Assembly: GCA_023137075.1 (NCBI GenBank)
Contig: JAGLQA010000240.1
Coordinates: 1-37,423, forward strand
Length of the DNA stretch: 37,423 nucleotides
Origin: Candidatus Aminicenantes bacterium
GTDB lineage: Bacteria; Acidobacteriota; Aminicenantia; UBA2199
Reading direction: 5' to 3'
The notes under the pieces: model-generated
What the model was told of the DNA's origin: nothing
Databases searched by the model: none
What the model saw: the letters and a program-made list of their open reading frames with translations, nothing else
Program-made: the position numbers and the translations under genes
Shown here: piece by piece, positions 16,935 to 24,516 of the stretch
How positions within the stretch are numbered: position 1 is the stretch's first letter
Layout: each line of letters starts with the position of its first letter

Positions 16935-18233
16935 TTAACCTTTTTTTTGTAAAAGGGAGAGGTAAAAGAGGTCATTGTTCAATTTGCGGTTGGGCAGCAA
17001 GTAAACCCCCCATTTCCTTTCCCTGTAAAAAAATCCATATTCGCTTAATAAAGATGAGAAGTCAAAGGATTCGAAATCCGCTGTCTCTGCGGCGCCTTCC
17101 AGCACATCCTCCGTCTCCCCTTTTAGAAAAGAGCAGACCGAGTAGAGCAGGAAGCCGTTTTTTTTGATATGGGGAACCAGGGCCCTGAGGATTTCGGCCT
17201 GGGTTTTCGCGTTTCTCTCCACGGACCGGTCATCGATCTTAAGCTTCAGGTCCGGGTTTTTCCGCAAGGTGCCGGCCGATGTGCAGGGCGCATCTGCGAT
17301 AATTAGATCGAATTTTTCCGCTGTCCCTAAATTCCTTGCGTCCGAAACGAGCAGATGGATATCCCCTATTTCATATTCCCGGAGAAATGTTTGCATTACC
17401 CTGGCACGGCCTATTTTCAAATCGTTGGCAACAATCTTCAATTCAGGCCGTAAGAGCGATAAGGTGACACTCTTCGTGCCCGGAGCCGCGCAGCAGTCGA
17501 TAACCGATTCCCGGCAAAATTCCGAGGCAAGGATAGACACGAACTGGGAACTGGTATTCTGCACATAAAAATATTGCTTGTTTAACAATCCCTTCACTTC
17601 TTCGTTCAGGCTGTGCACCTCGAAGGAATCAAAGGCCTCCAATTCCCGGAAATTTACGATTAACCGGCCGAGCTTCTTTTTGGCTTCATTAAAATCCAGA
17701 CGTTTCCTATTCACCCGGATGTGGAAAAGGGGCTCCCGGTTCAGGTACTGCAAATCCGCTTCCAAATCGGTTGACAGGTCGGCGAGGTTTTTGATAAGTA
17801 AATCCGAGATAGAATAGCGAATGGGAAATTCCCGCAGGCTCTCTACCATCATTTCAATACTCTCCTGCTCCCGGATGATGGTGCGCAAATTGGCATTCAA
17901 GAATTTTTTGGCTTTGTTCCCGCTGAAATCAACGATCTCGTTTACCACGGCATGTCCCGGGTATGAATTGGAAAAGATCAATAGATAGATGCCGATTTTT
18001 AAAAGCAGCAGTACATCCGGTTCGATCATACCGGGTACTCTCTTGGAACAGCGTTCAATAACCTGTCGGATGACCTGCTCTTTTCTAACCACTCCGTAGA
18101 CGGTACGGGTAATCCCCCGGTTGCTTCTTCGGTCCATTGTTTCCAGATGCCTGGACAACACCAATCGCAGGTTTTTTTCCGGGTTTTCGTAATAATGTTT
18201 CAATATAAAAAAAGCAGGTCTTATGATATCCAT
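16935..18233 (-). CDS. rsmB: 16S rRNA (cytosine-C5)-methyltransferase RsmB/Sun
   Basis: 432 aa. A NusB-like N-terminal domain is followed by a SAM-MTase core with DCCAAPGTKS and DAPCTSAGTLRKNPD motifs and a catalytic Cys (YSVCS). Confidence 0.8.
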   Translation of the reverse strand: MDIIRPAFFILKHYYENPEKNLRLVLSRHLETMDRRSNRGITRTVYGVVRKEQVIRQVIERCSKRVPGMIEPDVLLLLKIGIYLLIFSNSYPGHAVVNEIVDFSGNKAKKFLNANLRTIIREQESIEMMVESLREFPIRYSISDLLIKNLADLSTDLEADLQYLNREPLFHIRVNRKRLDFNEAKKKLGRLIVNFRELEAFDSFEVHSLNEEVKGLLNKQYFYVQNTSSQFVSILASEFCRESVIDCCAAPGTKSVTLSLLRPELKIVANDLKIGRARVMQTFLREYEIGDIHLLVSDARNLGTAEKFDLIIADAPCTSAGTLRKNPDLKLKIDDRSVERNAKTQAEILRALVPHIKKNGFLLYSVCSFLKGETEDVLEGAAETADFESFDFSSLLSEYGFFYRERKWGVYLLPNRKLNNDLFYLSLLQKKG

Positions 18234-18282
18234 TTTCTTTTTCTAACTAACCGGAATATCCCTGAACCGTTGGAGCCCATCC

Positions 18283-18807
18283 CTAATTCCACTTGCCGTC
18301 TCGCTTCAACCTTTTAATCTCCTTTTTAACCATTTGTCTCCTTAAACTCGATACCCTGTCGATGATCAATACCCCTTGCAGATGATCTATCTCATGCTGG
18401 ATCGCCCGCGCCATAAATCCCTGGAATTCCCGTTGGTGCTCCTTACCAGCCAGGTCGAAATATTGCAGTAATAGCCTCGTTTTCCGCTTTACCTGGGCCG
18501 AGATTCCCGGCAGTGACAGGCACCCCTCTTCGCCGGTCTCCACTCCATCCGACTCGATAATCTCCGGGTTGATAAGTACTATTCGTTCTTCCGCTTTCGC
18601 ACCCATCGTCAGATCGATTACCGACATCTGCAGGGATTTTCCCACCTGCGGCGCTGCCAGCCCGATACCGTTATTCGTGCTGTACATGGTAGCCGTCATT
18701 TTATCTAAAAGTTTAATAATATCTTCATCGATGTGCTTCACCTCTTCGGCCTTTAGTTTCAGAACATCGTCGCCATATTTATATATCATTAATATATTCT
18801 CGTCCAT
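18283..18807 (-). CDS. def: Peptide deformylase
   Basis: 174 aa with the three canonical motifs: GIGLAAPQVG, EGCLSLPG and QHEIDHLQG. Confidence 0.92.
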   Translation of the reverse strand: MDENILMIYKYGDDVLKLKAEEVKHIDEDIIKLLDKMTATMYSTNNGIGLAAPQVGKSLQMSVIDLTMGAKAEERIVLINPEIIESDGVETGEEGCLSLPGISAQVKRKTRLLLQYFDLAGKEHQREFQGFMARAIQHEIDHLQGVLIIDRVSSLRRQMVKKEIKRLKRDGKWN

Positions 18808-18813
18808 TTGTTA

Positions 18814-18842
18814 ATTATAAATATTTTGGCCTGTCATGTCAA
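18814..18842 (-). promoter_or_regulatory. Perfect-consensus sigma70 promoter of def (TTGACA-17 bp-TATAAT), leaderless geometry
   Basis: On the minus strand, TTGACA is at 18842-18837, followed by a 17-nt spacer and TATAAT at 18819-18814. Only 6 nt (TAACAA) separate the -10 from the def ATG at 18807. There is no SD motif. Confidence 0.6.
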
Positions 18843-19067
18843 GAATGTGTGAAACCATTTCATCATGTTTTTTTCGTGAAGCAACGCCTATAGTTTTATT
18901 GTGTTTTTTAGCGAGTTAATTCAGTGAGTTTGAAATTTCAGTGAAACGAACCGGGCGCAAGTGAAACATGGACTGCGAATCCGTTCCCCCAAAAACACTT
19001 TCAGGAATCTTACTTACGGAGCAAAGGCAGCGAGCATGTTACACGGTTTCTAAAAAAAAGATTCGTT

Positions 19068-20450
19068 TTATTTGTGGAATTTTTTGATAAAATCCTCGAC
19101 TTCCGGAATGCCGCCCTGGTAAACCAGGTAACCGTTGTAAGGCTCACCCTCTGTGATGTCGCCGCCGATAGGAGTCAGCATGATTTCTTTGACCTTATCT
19201 AAATCGCCGGTCTGTCCTAAAGCCCAGCCTAACTTGATATAGGCCACTTCAGGCAGCATGTTTTCCGCCGGAATGACTCCCTTGCTCATCATGTCACGGC
19301 CCGTTTCGTATACATTCATGTGTACGAAACCCCACAGGGTTTGCACAGTCATGTAAACCGCCACCCCGGCTCGCCGGGCTCTTTCTAAGGCCGGGTAGAG
19401 GGGTTTGTTTACATGCCCGAGACCGGTGCCGGCGATTATAATTCCTTTGTAACCTTTCTCTACTACGGCGTCGATAATGTCCGGGTTCATGTTGGGATAA
19501 TAGTAGACCATGGTGACCCGCTCTTCAAAATAGGGATAGATGTCTACTTTTTTGTCTTTCCTGCGATGGTTGTAGTCCTCGCGCAGGGGGGTGATTTTAT
19601 CCCGCTTGACCATGGCCAGGGGAATATCTCCAATAGTTCTAAAGGCGGAACGGTATGAAGAGTGCATTTTCCTGACCCGGGTGCCGCGGTGCAGCAGGGC
19701 GTACTCATCGGAGGTCGGGCCGAACATGCAAACCAAAACTTCCGCTATATCGGCCTGGGAGGCAGCGGTGGTGGAATGGATCAGGTTCAGGGCGGCGTCG
19801 GATGAAGGCCGGTCGGAAGAACGCTGGGAGCCGACCATAACGATGGGCACCGGTGAGTTTTGCACCATGTAGGAAAGCGCGGCAGCGGTGTGATGCATGG
19901 TATCCGTGCCGTGACCGATAACAATGCCGTCAATCCCTTTCTCGATCTCTTTACCGATGGCTTTGGCCAGGGTGGTATACTGCTCCGGCCCCATGTTCTC
20001 GCTGAAAACAGCAAAGAGTTTTTCCGTGGATAAGTTGCATATATCGGCCAGTTCCGGGACCGCGCCGTAAAGCTCGCCCGGGGAAAAAGCGGGAATCACC
20101 GCACCGGTGCGGTAATCCAGGCGGGAAGCGATGGTTCCCCCGGTGCCGAACAACTTGATGTTGGGCTTTTCCGGAGAGGTGGGGAACTCCTTTTCCGGGA
20201 TTTTGTATTTCGCTTCTTTGTAGCCGTATTCTTTCATTTCGATAATAGAATCGATGGCAATGCCGATGTTGTACCCTGTATCCAGTTTTAATACTAAGTG
20301 TTTAGCGTCGTCATTTTCCGAACGGGGCAGGATAATCCCTTCAAACTCGCCGCGGGTGGTTTCGATCTTCGCTTCACTCCAGACCCGCACCTTAAATTTC
20401 TTCAATATCTCCAGCGCTTTTCCCTTGTAGCCTTTGAACATATCACTCAT
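19068..20450 (-). CDS. gatD: Glutamyl-tRNA(Gln) amidotransferase subunit D (archaeal-type, asparaginase-like)
   Basis: 460 aa. After a GatD-specific N-terminal domain come the asparaginase-family motifs FGTGGTIAS, GHGTDTMHHTAAALS and GSQRSSDRPSSDAALN. An 8-bp overlap links it to the upstream gatE. Confidence 0.85.
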   Translation of the reverse strand: MSDMFKGYKGKALEILKKFKVRVWSEAKIETTRGEFEGIILPRSENDDAKHLVLKLDTGYNIGIAIDSIIEMKEYGYKEAKYKIPEKEFPTSPEKPNIKLFGTGGTIASRLDYRTGAVIPAFSPGELYGAVPELADICNLSTEKLFAVFSENMGPEQYTTLAKAIGKEIEKGIDGIVIGHGTDTMHHTAAALSYMVQNSPVPIVMVGSQRSSDRPSSDAALNLIHSTTAASQADIAEVLVCMFGPTSDEYALLHRGTRVRKMHSSYRSAFRTIGDIPLAMVKRDKITPLREDYNHRRKDKKVDIYPYFEERVTMVYYYPNMNPDIIDAVVEKGYKGIIIAGTGLGHVNKPLYPALERARRAGVAVYMTVQTLWGFVHMNVYETGRDMMSKGVIPAENMLPEVAYIKLGWALGQTGDLDKVKEIMLTPIGGDITEGEPYNGYLVYQGGIPEVEDFIKKFHK

Positions 20451-22491
20451 CGTTGCCTCCGTTACCGGCAGCCACTTTAGTATGAAGTTCCGACAGCCTC
20501 ATATTTCCTAGTGCCGGGGGGCGTAATTGCCCCATTACCCATCGTATCATGGCCGATTCATTCTCGGAATTCGAGATATCGCTAAATTTTTCTTTTAATA
20601 CCGGGATACTGTCTAAAATGTCTTCTTCGGACTTTGGTTTGTACTCGATGGTAGTCAGTACCGACTCGAAATCCATATTCGGGTATTGGTAAACAACCGG
20701 CAGCATCTGTTTCAGGATGTCCCGTTTCAGTTTCTTTTTTATGATAAAATCGACCAGGTGATATATGCGGTCGTAAGTGAAGGGAGACGAAGGTGTGATC
20801 TGCCCTTCGATGTATTTCAAATGATGGCCGATCAAGCTGCCGATAAATTTTGGCGATTGGTTGAAGTCTTCGACAATTTTTTCAACCAGGGGGAACAGGT
20901 TCCGTTTTAACAGGTAGCAAAAGGTATCCCCCGGTATTTGCCATTTCTTCATTTGTTTCATGCAGTCCGAAACCTCGCGGGGAAGAATTTTCCGGATGCC
21001 CTGGATGTGGTCTTCTTCGATAGGGATGGGAGGTGAGTCGGTATCCGGGTACATGCGATTCGGTCCGGGCAGCACACGTTCAAAGATGGTGGTGCCGTCC
21101 GCGATGGATTTGCGCGTTTCATTGGGCACGCCTTCAAAGGCCCATTTACAGCGTTCTTCAATCGTTTCGATGGCGGTGGCGATATCGTCTTCCGGCCCCC
21201 ATAAGATCAATTGGGCATCATTATCTCCGCTCTTAAATAGTTTCCGCACCGCGGCAAAATCCACACCGTGTCCGTTGAGTGCCTGGTTGAATCCCTCTTC
21301 CTGCCGCAGGTTCGCAGGTGTATTCCCTTTTTTATTCATGTACCAGGGCTCGGAATGGATCATATTGGGCTTCTCGATGCAGGCGATTACTTTCAACCGG
21401 TCGCTCAATTCATTGGCAAAAGATTTTCCCGGCTGGGTAAAGAATGAGAGGATTCCTTTGAATCCCGGCAGGTTGACTGCCACCCAGTGGTATCGATTCG
21501 CCTTTTTCTTATCGATGAACGTAGGTATTTCAATAATATGGTTGGGGGAGACCGGTTTATGGGTCATCTTCCACTTTGCCGGGTTCGGGAAACGTTCATT
21601 CAAGGTTTTTTTTATCTCCAGCAGCGCTTTCTGGCGGAAGGCTTCGTTATGAGTCAACAGGGGTATCCGGGCGATATGGGCCACGCCTTTGATCTCCACC
21701 CGTGTTCCGCCATCGATACTGACATTCACATCCTCTCGGGCGGCGCCGATACCGGTTTGCACCTTGCCGGTGCTGCGGGTTAAAAACCGGATGTAGTGGG
21801 CTGCTTCCGCCGCTTCATCCGGGGTCAACAAGTCGGGATAGGTTACGGTTTCGATCAGCGGTATGCCCAAACGGTCTGTGGTATATATACGCTCATGGCC
21901 GATATCCGACACTTCCCGGCAGGATTCTTCCTCTATACTCAATTGAATGATACGGACTTTTTTGTTTTTCAGGGGAATCTCGCCTTCGATTCCCACGATG
22001 GCGGTGCGCTGGAAACCGGTGGGGATACTGCCGTCTAAGTACTGCTTCCGGGTAATATGCAGTTCTCCCACGACGTTGGTTTTCAGGAGCAGGGCCACTT
22101 CGATGGCAATATCGAGGGCTTCGCGATTGAGTGGAAAAGGGGGTGTGTCGTCGATATCGTAGGTACAGGCGGTTTGGTTGTTGATGCGGTAGGTGATATT
22201 TTTCTTCGTTTTAAACTCCATCAAGGCGGTGCCGTCATACTCACCCAATTCGCTCAAGGTCGGGCGCATGTGGCGCAAAATTTCGGCATTGAAGTCGTCA
22301 GGGTCATGGTAAATCCCCGCCGGACAGCGGCAGAAGAGTTTCTTTTTGGTTTTCAACTGTTGATGGATTTCATGGCCGCATTTAAATCCCAAATCGGAGT
22401 AGGTTTCCCGGGTGGCTTCTTTTTTCTCGACGTAACCGGTAATTTTTTTTGTATTGATGTAATTGTGTTCTGGGCTAAAATTATTCTTCAT
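20443..22491 (-). CDS. gatE: Glutamyl-tRNA(Gln) amidotransferase subunit E (archaeal-type, GatB paralogue)
   Basis: 682 aa. It has GFKCGHEIHQQL..KLFCRCP near the N-terminus, a cradle domain with an insertion, and a C-terminal helical tail domain. It is much longer than bacterial GatB and is paired with gatD. Confidence 0.8.
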   Translation of the reverse strand: MKNNFSPEHNYINTKKITGYVEKKEATRETYSDLGFKCGHEIHQQLKTKKKLFCRCPAGIYHDPDDFNAEILRHMRPTLSELGEYDGTALMEFKTKKNITYRINNQTACTYDIDDTPPFPLNREALDIAIEVALLLKTNVVGELHITRKQYLDGSIPTGFQRTAIVGIEGEIPLKNKKVRIIQLSIEEESCREVSDIGHERIYTTDRLGIPLIETVTYPDLLTPDEAAEAAHYIRFLTRSTGKVQTGIGAAREDVNVSIDGGTRVEIKGVAHIARIPLLTHNEAFRQKALLEIKKTLNERFPNPAKWKMTHKPVSPNHIIEIPTFIDKKKANRYHWVAVNLPGFKGILSFFTQPGKSFANELSDRLKVIACIEKPNMIHSEPWYMNKKGNTPANLRQEEGFNQALNGHGVDFAAVRKLFKSGDNDAQLILWGPEDDIATAIETIEERCKWAFEGVPNETRKSIADGTTIFERVLPGPNRMYPDTDSPPIPIEEDHIQGIRKILPREVSDCMKQMKKWQIPGDTFCYLLKRNLFPLVEKIVEDFNQSPKFIGSLIGHHLKYIEGQITPSSPFTYDRIYHLVDFIIKKKLKRDILKQMLPVVYQYPNMDFESVLTTIEYKPKSEEDILDSIPVLKEKFSDISNSENESAMIRWVMGQLRPPALGNMRLSELHTKVAAGNGGNDE

Positions 22492-22668
22492 GTTCTAATT
22501 CCTCAAATTCATAAAACGATTCATCCCAACCATGACAGGGGAGAGTGTAGATTTTTTACTTTTCATCATCTTTTATATCATAAATGCCCGAATTGTTCAA
22601 CAGTTTTCCGTCTTCAAAGCATTGTTTCCTTTTTGTACACCGGTTCCGAATATTTGACCGGGAGGTTA

Positions 22669-22697
22669 TTGACATAAGAGAATAATCGGTATATTAT
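22669..22697 (+). promoter_or_regulatory. Putative sigma70 promoter of mntP (TTGACA-17 bp-TATTAT)
   Basis: TTGACA at 22669-22674, an exact 17-nt spacer, and TATTAT at 22692-22697. This predicts a leader of about 84 nt. Confidence 0.45.
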
Positions 22698-22715
22698 CAA
22701 CCAACCTGCCATTCC

Positions 22716-22751
22716 GAAGTTGTGGTGGGAAAAAATGTTTCCCGGAACTTC
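22716..22751 (+). promoter_or_regulatory. Two-tier hairpin in the mntP leader
   Basis: GAAGTT (22716-22721) pairs with AACTTC (22746-22751), and GGGAAA (22727-22732) pairs with TTTCCC (22738-22743). No adjacent U-run follows, so this is not a canonical terminator. Confidence 0.4.
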
Positions 22752-22787
22752 TCTGTTGTCAACGATTTTTAGAAATTTCATCACTTT

Positions 22788-23351
22788 ATGGATTTATTAG
22801 AGATATTTACCGCAGCAGTCGCCCTGGCAATGGATGCCTTCTCCGTATCCATCTCCGCGGGTATGATCATAAAAAAACCGGGTTTCGGGCACTATTTCCG
22901 ACTCTCTTTTCATTTCGGTCTTTTCCAGTTTATGATGCCCATTGCCGGTTATTTTTTCGGCTCCTACTTAGAGAGCTATATCAAAGATTACGACCACTGG
23001 GTCGCTTTCGGACTGCTGGTTTTCATCGGTTTAAAAATGATACGAGAGGCCTTTTCTAAAAAGGAAGAGGTCTCCTTTAAACAAAAAGACCCGTCTCGTG
23101 GTTTTAACCTGGTTCTCCTCGCTGTTGCCACCAGTATCGATGCCCTGGCCGTGGGTTTGAGTCTCGGGGTGTTGAATCAACCGGTGTTGTTTCCCGGTAT
23201 TGTCATCGGTATTACCTGTTCCCTGTTTTCCATTGCCGGGGTATTTATCGGTAAAAAAGCCGGCAATGTGGTCGGGAGAAAGGCCGAAGCCATCGGCGGT
23301 ATTATGTTATTAATTATCGGAGTAAAAATACTCTACGAGCACCTTATTTGA
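22788..23351 (+). CDS. mntP: Manganese efflux pump MntP (DUF204 tandem repeat)
   Basis: 187 aa with six hydrophobic spans. The N-terminal AVALAMDAFSVS and internal AVATSIDALAVG repeats are typical of MntP/YebN. Confidence 0.8.
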   Translation: MDLLEIFTAAVALAMDAFSVSISAGMIIKKPGFGHYFRLSFHFGLFQFMMPIAGYFFGSYLESYIKDYDHWVAFGLLVFIGLKMIREAFSKKEEVSFKQKDPSRGFNLVLLAVATSIDALAVGLSLGVLNQPVLFPGIVIGITCSLFSIAGVFIGKKAGNVVGRKAEAIGGIMLLIIGVKILYEHLI

Positions 23352-23360
23352 GGAGTTATT

Positions 23361-24257
23361 ATGAAAAAACAAAGTAAAATCACTGTCTGGTTCCGGCAAA
23401 TCCGTGGTCCCTTCCTGGTACTGTCGGTGGTCCTGGTTTTGATCGGTATTGCCGCAGCGGGACGGGATGGTTATAATCCCCGTTGGTTCGATGCGGTACT
23501 TTTAATAACCGGGGTCGTGTTGGCCCATATTTCGGTAAACCTGTTTAATGAGTTATCCGATTATAAAACAAAGATCGATGAACATACGCTACCCACCCCT
23601 TTCAGCGGCGGCAGCGGCATGATGCAGGCCGGGTTGACCAACCCGAAAAAAGTTACCGGTGTGGCCTATACGGCCCTGATTTTAGCGGGATTCATCGGTC
23701 TCTATTTTTGTGTGGCCGGTTCCTGGGTTATTCTGGTGTTTATCATTTGCGGGGGAGTGGCTGTGCGTTTTTATACGTCCCACCTGGCCCGGTGGCTCTT
23801 AGGTGAATTCTTCAGCGGTCTGACCCTGGGTACCTTCGTGATCCTGGGCTCTTATATGGCGTTAACCGGCCGATTGAACATTGATATCCTGTTTATCTCT
23901 ATCCCGCCCGGGCTTTTGACTTTTCTGCTTCTTTTCCTGAATGAGTTCCCCGATGCGGAGGCGGACAGGAAGGGTGGGCGTTATCACTTAGTCATCCGTT
24001 TCGGTAAGAAAAAGAGCGCCATCATTTATATAGCTGTGCTGATTGTCATTTATATTCTAATCCTGACAGCGCCCTTTATTTTAAATATTCCAATTACCGT
24101 GCTGCTTGCCCTGCTAACCCTGCCAATCGCGAGCGCGGCCGCGGTTAAAATCGTAAAGTTTCACAGCAATACGCCGAAACTGGTCCCTGCCTTAGCCATG
24201 AATATCATGGTCGTAATTTTGACCGACCTGCTCCTGGCCATCGGCTATTTCATTTAA
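23361..24257 (+). CDS. UbiA-family aromatic prenyltransferase (MenA-like)
   Basis: 298 aa and polytopic. It has a first Asp-rich motif NELSDYKTKID (NxxxDxxxD) and a second DAEADRKGG. The substrate cannot be inferred. Confidence 0.7.
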   Translation: MKKQSKITVWFRQIRGPFLVLSVVLVLIGIAAAGRDGYNPRWFDAVLLITGVVLAHISVNLFNELSDYKTKIDEHTLPTPFSGGSGMMQAGLTNPKKVTGVAYTALILAGFIGLYFCVAGSWVILVFIICGGVAVRFYTSHLARWLLGEFFSGLTLGTFVILGSYMALTGRLNIDILFISIPPGLLTFLLLFLNEFPDAEADRKGGRYHLVIRFGKKKSAIIYIAVLIVIYILILTAPFILNIPITVLLALLTLPIASAAAVKIVKFHSNTPKLVPALAMNIMVVILTDLLLAIGYFI

Positions 24258-24325
24258 AATACATCCCGGTATAGTGAATTGCCTTTTCCAAGAAGCACAA
24301 AAAATTCGAAGGAATAATCGGACAA

Positions 24326-24347
24326 GGGGCTTGATAAATCAAGCCCC
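24326..24347 (+). terminator. Hairpin downstream of the prenyltransferase gene (possible terminator)
   Basis: GGGGCTTGA pairs with TCAAGCCCC around a TAAA loop. The T-rich tract (TTGTTTTTCCTTTTT) begins ~11 nt after the stem, which is not ideal spacing. Confidence 0.4.
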
Positions 24348-24382
24348 TACAGCCGGATTGTTTTTCCTTTTTGAAAAAAAAC

Positions 24383-24411
24383 TTGACAAAAAGTGAATTT
24401 AAAACTATAGT
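24383..24411 (+). promoter_or_regulatory. Putative sigma70 promoter of rho (A-tract, TTGACA-17 bp-TATAGT)
   Basis: TTGACA at 24383-24388 is preceded by an A8 tract. A 17-nt spacer follows, with TATAGT at 24406-24411. This leaves a leader of about 100 nt before AAGGAGGG and the ATG at 24517. Confidence 0.5.
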
Positions 24412-24516
24412 AGTATCCTATATCAAAAAAAAAACAGTACCACCGGTATTAAAAGAACAACCTTTAATTCCTTTAACAAAAAATGACGATTAAGCTTTAG
24501 AGCAAGGAGGGAATCC

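Noticed and set aside
20960-22677. Plus-strand ORFs of 230 aa and 206 aa, plus smaller ones, antisense to gatE
   Set aside because: They sit entirely within the well-supported gatE gene on the opposite strand. They have no recognisable motifs, and the 206-aa ORF runs into intergenic DNA with no start context.
22532-22712. Possible yybP-ykoY manganese riboswitch upstream of mntP
   Set aside because: It is not called as a feature. The L1-like box is degenerate (GGGGAGAG instead of GGGGAGUAG) and the element would be ~180 nt, much longer than typical. I could not find the inner helices. The TTGACAUA-like box is explained at least as well as the -35 of a TTGACA-17-TATTAT promoter. It is kept only as an open question that needs cmsearch.
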